Positions 19,453 through 31,429 of a DNA stretch of 64,000 bases are shown here, one piece after another (the stretch's first letter is position 1; every line of letters begins with the position of its first letter). Under the pieces are notes generated by a model. It had not been told where the DNA came from, did no database searches, and worked only from the letters and a program-made list of their open reading frames with translations. Made by a program: the position numbers and the translations under genes. This DNA is from an uncultured Pseudomonadota bacterium (lineage in GTDB: Bacteria; Oederibacteriota; Muellerivitia; Muellerivitales; Muellerivitaceae). Location: contig CAVYRH010000019.1 in the NCBI GenBank assembly GCA_963770835.1, positions 411,752 to 475,751 of the forward strand, given 5' to 3'.

Positions 19453-21138
19453 TCAATTAAGAACAACTACCGAATAAGCCACTAACTTCGGCAAGGTCAC
19501 AGTCAACTTTCCATCTGAATACCCAAAATTCAATTTCTCATCTCCCGATGAATCAGGCGACGCCACCGTCACCTTTTGGGGCCGGTAATCCATGGGCACT
19601 ATGACCGTCACGTTATGTTGTTCCTTGAAGCCTTGAGCATATTCATGATTCACCAGGTGGATCAAAACCCGGTCCTTCCTTTCCATGACCGATACCATGG
19701 CGCTGGGGAGGGAGCAGGAGACCGCCCTGTCCGACGGCTCCACATGGTGGTACAGGGCGGAGTGGGAACGGTAAAAGGCCGTGTAGGTCTTAAAGAAGGG
19801 CATCATGTTTTGCTGGTCGGCGGTGAGTTCGCCCGTGGCCGTCTTTAGGTGGAAGGCGTAAAAAAGCCCGTTGGCATAGGCCTCGGCGGCGTACATTCGC
19901 CAATAGTCCTCCCTTTCGGATTGGGGCAAGGCTATGTAGCGGTTGAGGGTGGGCGTGGGCCAGTCAATGAAAAGCACCACCGGCGCGCCGGGCGCCAGGA
20001 CCGCCGACTGTTTATAAAACCGGCGGAAAACGCTTTGGAGCGACTTTGTGCCGTTCAAGTGGCCATCCACCACCGGCACGTAGTCGGCCATGCTTCCGTT
20101 GTCCCCGTCGTGGTTGTAGTCCCAAAGGCCGATGCTCTCAAAATCCACGTTGGGCAGGATGCCGTTACCGGTGATGAGCAGGTTCCGGTCGTATTTCTTT
20201 TTGGCGTAGTCCTTCAGCGCCTGGACGATGGGCCCGAAATAGCGGTAGGGCTCGGCCGCGCTCACAAAGTTCTTGGCGCCGGGTTCGGGGTGGTCGTCGT
20301 AGGTCTTTCCCCACTCGGCGGCCAGGGGATTGTCGGAAGCAAAGGGGTTGGCGGCCCAGCCGTGGAAATCCAGGTACTTCAGGTAATTGAAGTTGTTCCG
20401 AAGATCCCCGGGCGGCAGGTCCCGCCTTAGGATATTGCCGGGGGGCATCTGGAAAAGCTTGCCGAAATCCGTTCCCTCGGGGTACTTGGCTAGGAGGTAA
20501 GAATTGAAATCCGCCAGGTGGTAGTCGTCGAATCCCTCGTTGTTATCGTACTTCTCACCCTGGTAATCCTGGTCCACCTCGTCGAAGAAAAGGCCGTCCA
20601 CGCCGCCGTCGATTTGGACTTCCCCGATATGCACCAGGTAATCCCGGTACTCCGGGGCGGCGATGCTCCCCCGGTGGGCGCCATGCACGATGTTGTCATG
20701 GCTTACGATTTTGCCTTCCGCGTCGCGGCAGGCCAGCCGGTCGAACTCGTCGGCGGGAAACTCGTCCTCAAAAAGAATGGTAGCGGTGGTGCCGCCGATA
20801 AAGCGGACATGGGAGGCCTGGCAGTCCGTGACGTAGCTGAATTTGTAATCAGAAGGATTAACACCGTAGCGGTCCCATTTCGCCCAAGCCCGGATGACGA
20901 TGTCGGGATTAAGCTCCAAAACCTGGGGGTCGCTGTCGTTGTTGCCCGTCTGGCTGAAGGCGTAAACCGTGATGTTGTCCATGGAAACGACCGGCATAGG
21001 GGTGGGCGAGAGGTTCCAAGCCCCGCAGCCCGTGTCCACCAGGCCTTTCGGGGGATGGGCGCTCGACTGGGCGTAGGCGGCCCAGGGGGTGAAGAGAAAG
21101 AAAGCCAGGAAACAAAAAAACCCAAAATGGTTCCGCAT
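19453..21138 (-). CDS. Secreted protein, possible TIM-barrel glycoside hydrolase
   Basis: Signal peptide; GVDGLFFDE motif; C-terminal beta-sandwich (VLIHLVN..VTLPKL). Confidence 0.55.
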   Translation of the reverse strand: MRNHFGFFCFLAFFLFTPWAAYAQSSAHPPKGLVDTGCGAWNLSPTPMPVVSMDNITVYAFSQTGNNDSDPQVLELNPDIVIRAWAKWDRYGVNPSDYKFSYVTDCQASHVRFIGGTTATILFEDEFPADEFDRLACRDAEGKIVSHDNIVHGAHRGSIAAPEYRDYLVHIGEVQIDGGVDGLFFDEVDQDYQGEKYDNNEGFDDYHLADFNSYLLAKYPEGTDFGKLFQMPPGNILRRDLPPGDLRNNFNYLKYLDFHGWAANPFASDNPLAAEWGKTYDDHPEPGAKNFVSAAEPYRYFGPIVQALKDYAKKKYDRNLLITGNGILPNVDFESIGLWDYNHDGDNGSMADYVPVVDGHLNGTKSLQSVFRRFYKQSAVLAPGAPVVLFIDWPTPTLNRYIALPQSEREDYWRMYAAEAYANGLFYAFHLKTATGELTADQQNMMPFFKTYTAFYRSHSALYHHVEPSDRAVSCSLPSAMVSVMERKDRVLIHLVNHEYAQGFKEQHNVTVIVPMDYRPQKVTVASPDSSGDEKLNFGYSDGKLTVTLPKLVAYSVVVLN

Positions 21139-21160
21139 CAGTCCCCCAAAAAAGATTTTT

Positions 21161-21270
21161 ACCACAGGTCGCCTTCGGCGACGCACAGAGGTCACAGAGT
21201 TAAAGCACGGAAATAAAAAAAGGCCCAATCATTTTTGCCTTACTCTGTGTACTCCGTGAACTCTGTGGTT
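21161..21270. repeat. REP-like inverted repeat (CACAGAG...CTCTGTG)
   Basis: ACCACAG..CACAGAGGTCACAGAG pairs with CTCTGTGTACTCCGTGAACTCTGTGGT. Confidence 0.5.
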
Positions 21271-21286
21271 CGATGGGGTGTAGCCT

Positions 21287-21952
21287 TCAAAACCCCTTAA
21301 ACCGCGCCAAGTCCCGGATGTGCCGCCGGGGGCTGTCGAATCCGTGGGTCGGGGACTTTTCAACGCCGTAGCCCAGGGCGACCCCGAAGACGAGCGTCAG
21401 TTCCGGGGGGATTCCCAATTCCTTGCGGATGAGGTCGGGGTAACAAACCAGCCGGTAGGCGGGTGCTGTGTCCAGCCCCTTCTCCTTGGCCGCCAAAAGC
21501 AGGCTCTGGGTGAAAAGCCCCAGGTCGAAGATGGACCAGGGGGTGAGGCTCTTCTCCATGCAGATATAAACCACTACCGGCGCGTTGAAAAACCTCATCT
21601 GCCGGGCCAGGAAGGCCTGGGGGTCCAAAGCGTTGCCCGACATGGCCTGGGCTTCCTTCTTATGGAGGTCCAGGAGCTCGTCCATGCGTTCCTTCAAGTG
21701 GGCAGGCCATTGGGTGGGAGCGGGCATGTCCGGGCGGGGAGGATCGCCCTTGGTGAAACCCTCAAGGTAGCTTTTGCGCAGCCGCTCCAGGGCATCGCCG
21801 CCCGCCACGAAGACTTCCCAGGGCTGGGTGTCGGCCCAGGAGGGGGCGCGGTTGGCCGCGTCCAGGATTTCCAGGATCACTCCCTTCAGCACGGGGGTGG
21901 GTTTGTAGTCCCTGCAGGTATAACGGGTCCTTAAAGCTTCGGTGACATCCAT
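21287..21952 (-). CDS. Nitroreductase-family protein
   Basis: RYTCRDY..APSWADTQPW..GLDT..VALGY. Confidence 0.9.
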   Translation of the reverse strand: MDVTEALRTRYTCRDYKPTPVLKGVILEILDAANRAPSWADTQPWEVFVAGGDALERLRKSYLEGFTKGDPPRPDMPAPTQWPAHLKERMDELLDLHKKEAQAMSGNALDPQAFLARQMRFFNAPVVVYICMEKSLTPWSIFDLGLFTQSLLLAAKEKGLDTAPAYRLVCYPDLIRKELGIPPELTLVFGVALGYGVEKSPTHGFDSPRRHIRDLARFKGF

Positions 21953-22100
21953 GGCGCGTCTCCTAATATGAGAAATCCCGGGAAAAGGCCGGCTCCAGAC
22001 GCGTTTATCATGGGCCAAGAGGTTCCGAAAACCAAGATGGGAATTAAGGGAAAGGCCCTGGGTGTGTTAGGAACTCCAACCGGGGGGACGGCTTTAACCG

Positions 22101-25100
22101 TCAGTGCCTGACCAGGATCTTCAGGGTCTGCCGCGTGGTGAGGTTGCCCGAGGAGGTTTCCACGGCCTCGGCCACGGCGATATAAAGGCCGCTGGCCCTG
22201 TTTCGGGGGTCCCAAACGGCGTAGCCGCCGGATGAGCCCAAGGGCGACGCGATCAATTCCCCGGCCACGTCGTAAATCTTCACCGACAAGGTCTGTGGGG
22301 TGGCGGCGTTGATAGAGAAGGTGACCGGCCCGGCCCCATCCAGCACGAGGTTGGGGTAGGCCACGATCACGTTGTTGGCGTTGGCATGGCCGTTCTCCAC
22401 GATCACCGTGCGGGTGATGACCGTATTCGCGCCCATGCCATTATTAGCGTTGATCTCCAGGTAATACTCGCCGTTGGTGACCATCTGGCCGTTATCACCG
22501 CGGCCATCCCAGGTCAGGGTCACTCCATTGCTCAAAACAATGTCCAGCTGGCCGTTGGCCCCCGAGGATCCCGGCTGGATGACCGATGAGGACAGTTGGG
22601 TGAGGTTCAGCTGGCTGGCCTGGGCATCGGAGATGACGCTTGAGATAGTGTGGACCACCTCGCCCGCCTCGTTGTAAATCTTCACCGTCACCGTTTCCAG
22701 CTGGCGGCTGACCGTCACCGTTTGCGTTTCAGTGGTCACCACGCCCAGACTGTCCGTGTTTTGCACCTTGATGTAATAAACGCCGTTGGAAACCAGGTTG
22801 CCGTTGGAGCTGGTCCCGTTCCAGTCGGTGATGTAATGGCCCGCGTCGTAAATGGAAACCGCGTTGTTGGCCCCCGCCAGGCTGGTAATGCTGGCCCCCG
22901 CCTGAAGGCTGATGTTGTTGAGGGGCTGGGAGTACTGCTGTTGCTGGAGTTGTTTCACCAGCTCGCCCGCTTCGTTGTAAACGTTGATCACCACCGCGAA
23001 TTGGGCCGTCACAACCACGTTCACGCTGGTGGAGACGGGAGCCGCCAATCCCGTGTAGGTCAATTGGGCGTTATTGGTGACGGTTGTAGCCGCGACGAAG
23101 TTGTTCACCTGGGTCTGGTAGGTCAATTGATAGGGCCCGGGCGAAAGGGATACCGGCAGGGTCCAGGTCAACAGCGACTGGGCCGGGGCGAAGTTAGAGA
23201 TGGTCCCCGCCGGGCTGGACCCAAAGCTCACGAAGGAGACGTTGTCGGGCAGGGTGTCGGTGACCACTACGTTGGAAGCCACGTTGCCCAGGACATCCAG
23301 GTTGATGGTGTAGTTCAAGATTCCTCCAGCCTGGGCCGTGGCGGGGGAAACCTGCTTGTTGAGGGTCACCTGGACCGCCGGGGTTGGGGTCGGGGTGGAA
23401 GTGGCGGTGGAAGTGGGCGTGGCCGTGGCGGTGTTCGTCGGGGTGAAAGTAGCCGTATTCGTCGCGGTATTGGTGCGGCTGTTGGTCGGGGTGAAGGTGG
23501 CTGTGGGGGTGACAGTGTTGGTGGGAGTGCCAGTCGCCGTAAACGTGGGCGTGGCGGTGGCCGTGTTGGTGGGGGTGGCGGTCAGCGTGCTGGTCCTGGT
23601 GTCCGTGGGCGTACTGGTCTGCGTGGGAGTAGGCGTGCTGGTAGCGGTGTTAGTGGGCGTGCCGGTCAAAGTCGCAGTGGGCGTGCTGGTTGCCGTATTA
23701 GTTGGCGTGGCGGTGTCCGTGTTCGTCGCCGTGTTCGTGGGAGTGCCGGTGAGCGTGTTGGTGGCGGTATTCGTCGTCGTGTTCGTGGCGGTGTTGGTAG
23801 CCGTATTGGTCGGGGTGTTTTGGAGTGTATTAGTCGGGGTGCTCGTCGCGGTCAGGGTGGCGGTTTTGGTTTGGGTGGCGGTGGCGGTGTTGGTGGCCGT
23901 GTTGGTTGGGGTGGCCGTCAGCGTATTCGTCGGGGTTTCGGTAGCCGTTTTCGTGGGGGTGCTGGTGGCCGTATCGGTCGCCGTGTTCTGGAGGGTATTG
24001 GTCGGTGTGGCGGTCGCCGTAGCGGTGGGGCTGGCCGTGGGCGTGGCGGTCGCCGTGTTCGTGGCCGTATTGGTGGTGGTGGCCGTCGGGGTGTTCGTGG
24101 CTGTATTGGTCGGGGTGTTCAGGAGCGTATTGGTGGAGGTGGCGGTCGGCGTGTTCGATGAAGTATTCGTGGGCGTGTTCGTCTGGGTATTCGTCGGCGT
24201 ATTGGTAGCCGTGGCCGTGGGTGTGTTGGTGGCGGTATTGGTGGCAGTGTTCTGAAGCGTATTCGTTGAGGTGGCGGTGGGCGTATTGGTCGCGGTATTC
24301 GTGGGGGTGGCGGTCAGGGTTTTTGTCGGCGTGTTGGTGGGCGTCGCGGTCGGTGTATTGGTGGGCGTATTGGTGGCCGTGTTTTGCAGCGTGTTCGTCG
24401 GGGTGGAGGTCGGAGTATTGGTGGGGGTGATCGTAGGCGTGTTGGTAGGCGTGGCGGTGGCCGTATTGGTGGGGGTGGCCGTCATTGTGTTCGTTGGGGT
24501 GTTGGTCGGTGTCGCCGTCGGGGTGTTCGTGGAAGTATTGGTGGCCGTGTTTTGCAGCGTATTAGTCGGCGTATTCGTGGGAGTATTCGTCTGCGTCAAA
24601 GTGGGCGTGGCCGTCGGAGTCCTTGTCGGCGTATTGGTGGTGGTAACCGTCGGCGTATTCGTCGGGGTGTTGGTCGGTGTCGCCGTTGGGGTGTTCGTGG
24701 GTGTATTGGTGGCGGTGTTTTGCAGCGTATTGGTCGGCGTACTCGTCGGGGTGTTCGTGGGGGTGATCGTCGATGTGTTGGTAGGCGTCGCGGTGGCCGT
24801 ATTGGTGGGCGTGGCGGTCAGGGTTTTTGTCGGCGTGTTGGTGGGCGTCGCCGTCGGGGTGTTGGTGGGCGTATTGGTGGCCGTGTTCTGGAGCGTATTG
24901 GTTGGGGTATTCGTCGGGGTGTTCGTGGGGGTGATCGTAGGCGTATTGGTAGGCGTCGCGGTGGGAGTATTGGTGGGGGTGGCGGTCATTGTGTTCGTCG
25001 GGGTGTTGGTGGGCGTCAAAGTGGGCGTAGCCGTCGGGGTCCTCGTCGGCGTATTGGTGGCGGTAACCGTCGGCGTGTTCGTCGGGGTGTTCGTGGGTGT

Positions 25101-27629
25101 CGCCGTCGGGGTGTTCGTGGGCGTATTGGTGGCCGTGTTCTGGAGCGTGTTGGTAGGCGTATTCGTCGGGGTGTTCGTGGGGGTGATCGTTGGCGTATTG
25201 GTAGGCGTCGCGGTAGGGGTATTGGTGGGGGTGTTCGTCGGCGTAGCCGTGGGAGTCTTCGTCGGCGTGTTGGTCGGGGTGTTCGTGGAGGTGTTTGTAG
25301 CCGTATTCGTCGGCGTGTTTTGGCTCGTGTTGGTGGGGGTGTTGGTCGGCGTATTGGTAGGAGTAATCGTCGGTGTGTTGGTAGGCGTCGCGGTGGGAGT
25401 ATTGGTTGAGGTGTTGGTCGGCGTAGCCGTGGGAGTCCTAGTGGGTGTATTCGTCGGGGTGTTAGTGGGAGTGGCAGTCGGGGTGTTGGTGGCCGTATTG
25501 GTCGGCGTGTTCTGCGTTGTGTTGGTGGGCGTGTTGGTAGACGTATTGGTTGGAGTGATCGTTGGAGTGTTGGTCGGCGTAGCCGTGGGAGTCTTGGTCG
25601 ATGTATTCGTCGGGGTGTTGGTGGGGGTGGCGGTAGGGGTGTTGGTCGCGGTATTCGTGGGCGTAGCCGTGGGAGTCCTGGTCGGCGTATTCGTCGGGGT
25701 GTTGGTGAGGGTGGGGGTTGCCGTATTGGTCGGCGTATTGGTCAGGGTATTGGTGGGGGTGAGGGTTGGTGTGTTCGTGGGCGTGGCGGTAGGGGTATTG
25801 GTCGCGGTATTCGTGGGCGTAGCCGTAGGAGTCCTGGTCGGCGTATTCGTCGGGGTATTGGTCGGCGTGAAGGTCGGGGTCTTGGTAGGCGTGAAGGTGG
25901 GCGTCAAGGTGGGCGTTGCCGTGGGGGTATTGGTTGGGGTATTCGTTGCCGTATTGGTCGGGGTGTTGGTGGCCGTATTGCAGCTGATCGTCGTGACGGA
26001 GATGGAATTGCTGGTGACCGGCCCACCCCCTGCCCAGTTGGCTGTCCCGTTATCGGTCATTACCACGCAGGGCGTAGCCGGGTTGTAATCCGTGTAGAAA
26101 ATGGACACGGGAACGCAATAGCCCGGCTGAAGGCCGGTGATCACATAAACCGGTGGGTTGGAGCCGGATTCGTTGAGGACCACCTGTTGTCCATCGATCG
26201 TCGTCGTCGTGTAATATTCTCCGGCAAAACTCAACATCCCGTAATTGGTGAGGTTTTCAGAGATAGTGACCCCGTTGGCTGGCCCTCCGCCCGCTCCCGC
26301 GCAGACGTTGAGAATAAAGGTAAGTCCCGCGTTCCCCGCCGACCCGTCGTAGCCGGAGGTAGCGGAGGTCGTGGATTTGGTGATGGTGATTTGGGGCGGC
26401 ACGATCACCTGGGAATAAGTGACGGGGTTCGAGGTAGTGTTCCCGCTGGGCCAGGTCACTGCCGCCTGGTCCACCAAGGTCAGGGCGCAGCCCGGGTTCA
26501 AAGCGGTATCGTTCCCATCGCTTACTTGGGCCGTCATGGTGACGCAGCCGTTTCCAAGGGAGGGAAAAACCATGGTGTCGCCGTTGGCCGTCGGTTCATT
26601 TGCCTGCCCGTTGGAGGGGGCATAATAACAAAGCTGGTAGGCTTCGTTGGCATCCCCATATCCCCAGCACCCGAACGAGAACGTGCCACAGGTGGAGACA
26701 TTGGTCAGGAAATTGTCCGTTATGGTTGTGGGGCCGGTCGTCACGGGCCCCCCGGTGTTGCAAGCCACGATCGTGAAATCAAGGGTCAGCGTGTTGCCGC
26801 TGGTGACCGCGCTGGAGAGGGTCTTAGTGACTGAAATATTAGGGGGGCCAATCGTTGGTTCGGGCGTGGGGATGGGAACGCATTGGTTCCAGAAAAGGGC
26901 TCCGGTGGAGGTTCCGTAGTCCCCCGAGCAATTATTGGCGATGAAAGGAAGGGGCTGGCCAGTGACGGGGTTGTACAAGCGATTCGCCCAAGTGGAGGCT
27001 GTCACACCGCTGGAACAATAAGAAGTAGTCCAAGACGCCCCTCCGCTGCTATTGGCCGTCGTGGTGTTGTAATTCGTGGCGTACCAGGGATTGCCGCTGC
27101 CGTCATCAGGGGGAGGGCCGCAGGGATTGCAGCCATTCGGGTAATAATCCACGGAGAGGTTTCCAGAACCGCTGGTGATTTCCGAATGGTTTCCGCCGGA
27201 GCAGGTGATGTCCAGGTCCCAGGAGGAAAAAGTGTCCTGGGGGGCTGTGTTCTGGGTATAAACAGCCAAACAGACTTCGGATCCCGTCAAAAGAGAAACG
27301 GGTACGGAAATGCAAGTAGGATTGGCCGCGCCCCCCGTTCCGGGTGCGCCGGCATAGGGGTAGAATCCAATGGACACTCCTCCAACGTAAATAGAGGTGT
27401 TGTCGTCGCCGGAGGCGCAGAGGGTGGCGGAAGTAGGGGTACATTGGGACCAAACCCGGCTAGGAAAAATGGCCAGTGAGAGCAGTACGAAAACCGTAAT
27501 ACCGGTAGTGAAGAACCGTTTTAAGTTTTTAGGGGGAACATGAGTCAACATTTCCCGTCTCTTTCCTATCAACAAAGTTGTCATACCGGTGATTACATTG
27601 AACCGGTTCGAGTTAAATAGTTTGTCCAT
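22101..27629 (-). CDS. Giant secreted or surface protein: Cys-rich N-terminus, DUF11-like domains, ~860-aa Thr/Pro/Asn stalk, tandem FlgD-Ig-like C-terminal domains (start may be 27551)
   Basis: Signal peptide ending [21 protein letters not shown]11 motif; repeated YNEAGE and WDG/WNG..NGxY motifs. Confidence 0.85.
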   Translation of the reverse strand: MDKLFNSNRFNVITGMTTLLIGKRREMLTHVPPKNLKRFFTTGITVFVLLSLAIFPSRVWSQCTPTSATLCASGDDNTSIYVGGVSIGFYPYAGAPGTGGAANPTCISVPVSLLTGSEVCLAVYTQNTAPQDTFSSWDLDITCSGGNHSEITSGSGNLSVDYYPNGCNPCGPPPDDGSGNPWYATNYNTTTANSSGGASWTTSYCSSGVTASTWANRLYNPVTGQPLPFIANNCSGDYGTSTGALFWNQCVPIPTPEPTIGPPNISVTKTLSSAVTSGNTLTLDFTIVACNTGGPVTTGPTTITDNFLTNVSTCGTFSFGCWGYGDANEAYQLCYYAPSNGQANEPTANGDTMVFPSLGNGCVTMTAQVSDGNDTALNPGCALTLVDQAAVTWPSGNTTSNPVTYSQVIVPPQITITKSTTSATSGYDGSAGNAGLTFILNVCAGAGGGPANGVTISENLTNYGMLSFAGEYYTTTTIDGQQVVLNESGSNPPVYVITGLQPGYCVPVSIFYTDYNPATPCVVMTDNGTANWAGGGPVTSNSISVTTISCNTATNTPTNTATNTPTNTPTATPTLTPTFTPTKTPTFTPTNTPTNTPTRTPTATPTNTATNTPTATPTNTPTLTPTNTLTNTPTNTATPTLTNTPTNTPTRTPTATPTNTATNTPTATPTNTPTNTSTKTPTATPTNTPTITPTNTSTNTPTNTTQNTPTNTATNTPTATPTNTPTNTPTRTPTATPTNTSTNTPTATPTNTPTITPTNTPTNTPTNTSQNTPTNTATNTSTNTPTNTPTKTPTATPTNTPTNTPTATPTNTPTITPTNTPTNTPTNTLQNTATNTPTNTPTATPTNTPTNTPTVTATNTPTRTPTATPTLTPTNTPTNTMTATPTNTPTATPTNTPTITPTNTPTNTPTNTLQNTATNTPTNTPTATPTNTPTKTLTATPTNTATATPTNTSTITPTNTPTSTPTNTLQNTATNTPTNTPTATPTNTPTNTPTVTTTNTPTRTPTATPTLTQTNTPTNTPTNTLQNTATNTSTNTPTATPTNTPTNTMTATPTNTATATPTNTPTITPTNTPTSTPTNTLQNTATNTPTNTPTATPTNTPTKTLTATPTNTATNTPTATSTNTLQNTATNTATNTPTATATNTPTNTQTNTPTNTSSNTPTATSTNTLLNTPTNTATNTPTATTTNTATNTATATPTASPTATATATPTNTLQNTATDTATSTPTKTATETPTNTLTATPTNTATNTATATQTKTATLTATSTPTNTLQNTPTNTATNTATNTTTNTATNTLTGTPTNTATNTDTATPTNTATSTPTATLTGTPTNTATSTPTPTQTSTPTDTRTSTLTATPTNTATATPTFTATGTPTNTVTPTATFTPTNSRTNTATNTATFTPTNTATATPTSTATSTPTPTPAVQVTLNKQVSPATAQAGGILNYTINLDVLGNVASNVVVTDTLPDNVSFVSFGSSPAGTISNFAPAQSLLTWTLPVSLSPGPYQLTYQTQVNNFVAATTVTNNAQLTYTGLAAPVSTSVNVVVTAQFAVVINVYNEAGELVKQLQQQQYSQPLNNISLQAGASITSLAGANNAVSIYDAGHYITDWNGTSSNGNLVSNGVYYIKVQNTDSLGVVTTETQTVTVSRQLETVTVKIYNEAGEVVHTISSVISDAQASQLNLTQLSSSVIQPGSSGANGQLDIVLSNGVTLTWDGRGDNGQMVTNGEYYLEINANNGMGANTVITRTVIVENGHANANNVIVAYPNLVLDGAGPVTFSINAATPQTLSVKIYDVAGELIASPLGSSGGYAVWDPRNRASGLYIAVAEAVETSSGNLTTRQTLKILVRH
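23390..25980 (-). repeat. Coding tandem repeat (TNTP/TATP tetrapeptides with higher-order TNTLQN units)
   Basis: 12-bp period GGT/CGT-rich repeats with synonymous variation. Confidence 0.95.
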
Positions 27630-27983
27630 AAATAACCTTCATTCATTGATTCAACTCTCCCTAACGGGAATAATATTTTCTGCTTGACCGATAAAGTTAA
27701 AATCGTTTCAAAATAAGAAATTAGGCTCTTTTTTGACCGCTTTCATAATAAAGCATACCAGGATTTCTAAATTTGGGTATGGGACAAAAAAAACCAATTT
27801 GATTCAGAAATATAGACTTGTTTGGCGAGTTTAATTCACCCCAAAAAAGCGTTTTTTAGAGGGTGATTTACCTTGGAAAGCAGCTGTATTTTCGGTTACA
27901 ACCGACATTCCATTATCGGCTCTACCTTAGAATTGTTGAATTATCCAATAATTATCATCTTGAATCACTCGGAGTCTTTCACC

Positions 27984-28844
27984 ATGAAAATGTGCCGGTT
28001 CCTCTTTCTTTTCCCTCTTTTTTTCTTTTTCACTTGTTCATTCCTGGGAGCCGCGCCCGCCCAATTGGAGAACAATGATTATAAGGTCACCCTTTCGGAG
28101 ACCCTCCCCGGCATCGACGGTTCGGGAGCCTTTCTTCCGTCCGATGCCGCCATCACGGTGACCGTTACCGACAAATTCCGATCCCAGCAAACCTTTTATC
28201 CCTTGAAGGTCTACGCCATCGCCAATTATTTCCTCCTGGGCGATACCCTCAACCTGGTCGCCCGCGCCACCCTCCTCAACACGCCGACGGGGCCCCGTTA
28301 CACTTTCATCCAGCTCAATCTCTCCAACCCGTCGGATTCCCGCCAATTCCAAAACCTGCAACAGTATTCCCTTTCCCCCGACCAGCAGAACCTTTTGGCG
28401 GTGGTGGACAACGGCGGCGGGGCTCCGGGGATTGGAATGGCGCGGCTCACGGACGATCCCATGGGAATGGGATGGATCTACGCCGAACCCGCGGGCGCCA
28501 ATCTTTTCAAGGCTTCGTTCGCGGCGCCCGTCTCGGCCTTCACCTTTTACGACCCGGTGGGTTGGTCCGCCGATTCCCTTTCCGCGGCCTTCCTTTTTTC
28601 CATCGACGACGGTACAAAAGATGCCCAGGGCAAGGCCGTCCTGAAGGATTACCTGGCCAACTTGGAACTCGCGGATAAAAATTGGAAGGCCACGGCCCAA
28701 CCCCTAGACTTGTCTTCCTATCATTTTCACTCTGGGGCGGCGCTTACGGACCTGCGTTGCGACGGCCAAAAAGCAGCCCTTTTCCTGACTCAGGATAATT
28801 CCAGCAATCCCGTGGAGGTGGATTTCAAGCTGACTCCCCCCTAA
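27984..28844 (+). CDS. Hypothetical secreted protein
   Basis: Signal peptide; divergent from the giant surface protein. Confidence 0.65.
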   Translation: MKMCRFLFLFPLFFFFTCSFLGAAPAQLENNDYKVTLSETLPGIDGSGAFLPSDAAITVTVTDKFRSQQTFYPLKVYAIANYFLLGDTLNLVARATLLNTPTGPRYTFIQLNLSNPSDSRQFQNLQQYSLSPDQQNLLAVVDNGGGAPGIGMARLTDDPMGMGWIYAEPAGANLFKASFAAPVSAFTFYDPVGWSADSLSAAFLFSIDDGTKDAQGKAVLKDYLANLELADKNWKATAQPLDLSSYHFHSGAALTDLRCDGQKAALFLTQDNSSNPVEVDFKLTPP

Positions 28845-28964
28845 AATAACCAGTATAATTTTTTGGAGTTCAGGGAAGTTTCAGGGCCCGGCGGCAGGAC
28901 GTTTGAAAATTCAAATCCGGGTCGAAACCCGGAACATACTTTTTTATGAGTGGTGGGCCGTCCC

Positions 28965-29285
28965 ATGAAGATCAACCATACCAATCCCAACCTCAACCTC
29001 ATGAATACTCTGGGGGTTGAGCAAGCCGCTCGCAAGGCCGCCCAGGAAAAAGCCGCGGAATCGGCCAAGGCCCGGGCGGCCGAGGAAGCCCAGCGGCTCC
29101 AACAAATCTCCGAAACTCTGAAGGGCAAGAAGCCCGTTGGAAAGATCGGTCCGGACTCCAAAGGGCAACAGGGTCGCCGCAACGCCCGCTACCTGCCCGA
29201 TGGAACGGTCCAGCCGGAAGGTTCCGACGGCCCCGATGACTCGTCCAATCCTCCACCCCGCGGCGGCATCGACATCAAGGCTTAA
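28965..29285 (+). CDS. Small hypothetical protein
   Basis: High-GC3 ORF, Ala/Lys/Glu helix, ends GGIDIKA. Confidence 0.55.
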   Translation: MKINHTNPNLNLMNTLGVEQAARKAAQEKAAESAKARAAEEAQRLQQISETLKGKKPVGKIGPDSKGQQGRRNARYLPDGTVQPEGSDGPDDSSNPPPRGGIDIKA

Positions 29286-29307
29286 TTCGTAATCAACCTA
29301 CCGCATT

Positions 29308-30672
29308 TCACTTAAAAAAAATGAATGTGATCAGGATGAAAACCGGGATAAGAACCGCGCCCGACCACAGCATATAGCCGCCGAAGGAAGGCATTCTCAC
29401 GCGGGCCTGCTCGGCGATGGCGCGAACCATGAAATTAGGGCCGTTTCCAATATAGCTGTTGGCGCCCATGAAAACCGAACCGCAGGAAATAGCGGCCAAT
29501 AGCTGGGGGAATTTTTCGGCCAGTTGGCCCAGGTGGGCGGTGGAAAGGCCGTTCTGGCCCGCGGCCAGCGAAGCGTAGCTCAAGTAGGTCGGCGCGTTAT
29601 CCAGGAAGCTGCTCAAAAACCCAGAAAGCCAGAAGTACATCCAGGGATGGGTAATGGCAATGTCTTGCCCCTTGGCCTCAAGCAGCGTCAGGGCCGGGAT
29701 CATGGAGCCGAAGATACCGAAAAAAAGCACCGCCACCTCGATGATGGGGCCGAAGCTGAACTGGTTTTCCTCGTGGATGGCCGAAGGAGTCCCTTTGTAG
29801 GAGATAAAGGCCAATACCAGCATGATGGCGATTTGAAGCAGCCGGGAAAAGGCCGATCCCCAAGCCCCAAAATGAGCCTCCAGGAAAGGGCTAAACCAAT
29901 AACCCGAAGCCATGACCGTCATCAAAATGCCGCCCAGGCAAAACACGTTGGCCCAGCCCTCAATATGGATGGGTTGCTCGGCCTCCTGGATGGCCTGGAT
30001 CAGGGAGCCACGCACGTGGGTTTCCTCGTCGTCGAAGATCCGGTCGTCGATCAGGTGGAAAACAAAAAGTAAAATCAGGAGCGTCAAGGACCAGATAGGG
30101 ATGAGACGTGTAAAAGTCCACCAGAAAGGCACACCTTTCAGGAAGCCCAGATAAAGGGGCGGATCACCCAATGGCGTCAAAAGCCCCCCACAATTGGAAA
30201 CAATGAAGATGAAGAAGACCACCACATGCGCTTTGTGCCGCCGGAGCTGGTTGGCGCGCAAAAGCGGCCGGATGAGGACCATGCTGGCGCCGGTGGTGCC
30301 CAGGAAACTCGACAGCACGGCTCCCAAACCCAGGAAAACCGTGTTGATATAGGGTAACCCCGCGAAAGCACCCGTGATGTGGATGCCTCCCGAAACCGTG
30401 AAAAGCGAGCCCAAAAGCACCAAAAAAGCCAGGTAGTCCAGGTAGGTATCCAGGACTTTGGTAAAGTCACCCGTGGGATGGACGTAAAGGAAGATCCCGG
30501 CGAAAGCGCAAGCTGCGGCGACCAAGAACTTGTTGCGCATGTGTTCCCACCATCCGGCGGTAAAACCGATGAAGGGCAGAACGGCGATGAAGAAAAGCAG
30601 CAGGAAGAAAGGGGCGAAATGCAATGCCGCCGCGCCTGCCCCCATCTGTTTCCAATAAACCATGGAATCCAT
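29308..30672 (-). CDS. IT-superfamily Na+/H+ antiporter or putative citrate transporter
   Basis: GTTGASM, SNCGGLLTPLGDPPL, SSFLDNAPTY, YIGNGPNFMV motifs. Confidence 0.85.
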   Translation of the reverse strand: MDSMVYWKQMGAGAAALHFAPFFLLLFFIAVLPFIGFTAGWWEHMRNKFLVAAACAFAGIFLYVHPTGDFTKVLDTYLDYLAFLVLLGSLFTVSGGIHITGAFAGLPYINTVFLGLGAVLSSFLGTTGASMVLIRPLLRANQLRRHKAHVVVFFIFIVSNCGGLLTPLGDPPLYLGFLKGVPFWWTFTRLIPIWSLTLLILLFVFHLIDDRIFDDEETHVRGSLIQAIQEAEQPIHIEGWANVFCLGGILMTVMASGYWFSPFLEAHFGAWGSAFSRLLQIAIMLVLAFISYKGTPSAIHEENQFSFGPIIEVAVLFFGIFGSMIPALTLLEAKGQDIAITHPWMYFWLSGFLSSFLDNAPTYLSYASLAAGQNGLSTAHLGQLAEKFPQLLAAISCGSVFMGANSYIGNGPNFMVRAIAEQARVRMPSFGGYMLWSGAVLIPVFILITFIFFK

Positions 30673-30706
30673 CAATCGCCTTTCAAATTCAATATTCCAA
30701 CCCGGG

Positions 30707-31048
30707 TTAAGACACCGCCGTATCACCGGCCTCGCCGCTGCTGATCCGGAAAGCCCCGTCGATCCTTTGGACGAAGATTTTCCCATCCCCCATGTGGCCG
30801 GTTCCCGCGGCCTTCAGGATGGCCTTTACGATGGCTTCGGCCTTCTGGTCCGACACCACGACCTCCAGCTTGACCTTAGGCAGGGCTCCAATCCGGTACT
30901 CTTTTCCCTTCCAGTTTTGCGCAATCCCCTTTTGTTTTCCCTGGCCACGGACCACGGTCATGGTGATGCCCGTATAGCCGGACGCTTCCAGGGCTTCCCG
31001 GACCCGGCCCAATTTTCCCGGTTGAATGATGGCTTCTATTTTTTTCAT
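30707..31048 (-). CDS. P-II family nitrogen regulator (divergent)
   Basis: MKKIEAII, GxGKQKG, GDGKIFV; Tyr51 present. Confidence 0.92.
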   Translation of the reverse strand: MKKIEAIIQPGKLGRVREALEASGYTGITMTVVRGQGKQKGIAQNWKGKEYRIGALPKVKLEVVVSDQKAEAIVKAILKAAGTGHMGDGKIFVQRIDGAFRISSGEAGDTAVS

Positions 31049-31087
31049 CGGATCACTCCATCTGAAACCCCGCGCAGAAAACAGCCC

Positions 31088-31429
31088 CTACGAAACCACC
31101 GCATCGTCCTCGTCGCCGCCGCTGATCTTGTAGGCCTTCTCAATCCGGTAAACGAAGATTTTGCCATCGCCCTCTTCCCCCGTCACGGCGCTTTCCAAGA
31201 TCGCTTTCACGGTCTTTTCCACCTCCGGGTCAATCGTTACGATTTCCAGCTTCAGCTTGCGAAGTATCTCGATCTTGTATTTTTTGCCGAAAAAGGACTT
31301 CGTTAGGCCCTTTTGTTTGCCATGTCCCTTCACTTCGGTGATTGTTATGCCGGGATAACCCACCCGCTCCAGGGCAACCCGCACCTCCTCGAACTTTTCG
31401 GGTTGAATGATGGCCTCAATTTTTTTCAT
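31088..31429 (-). CDS. P-II family nitrogen regulator (divergent)
   Basis: Same P-II motifs; Tyr51 present. Confidence 0.92.
   Translation of the reverse strand: MKKIEAIIQPEKFEEVRVALERVGYPGITITEVKGHGKQKGLTKSFFGKKYKIEILRKLKLEIVTIDPEVEKTVKAILESAVTGEEGDGKIFVYRIEKAYKISGGDEDDAVVS

Noticed and set aside
23390..25980. Possible CRISPR array
   Set aside because: Coding 12-bp degenerate repeats with no unique spacers and no cas genes
22650..26088. Long Val-rich and Arg/Gly-rich plus-strand ORFs
   Set aside because: Antisense or out-of-frame shadows of the giant repeat protein
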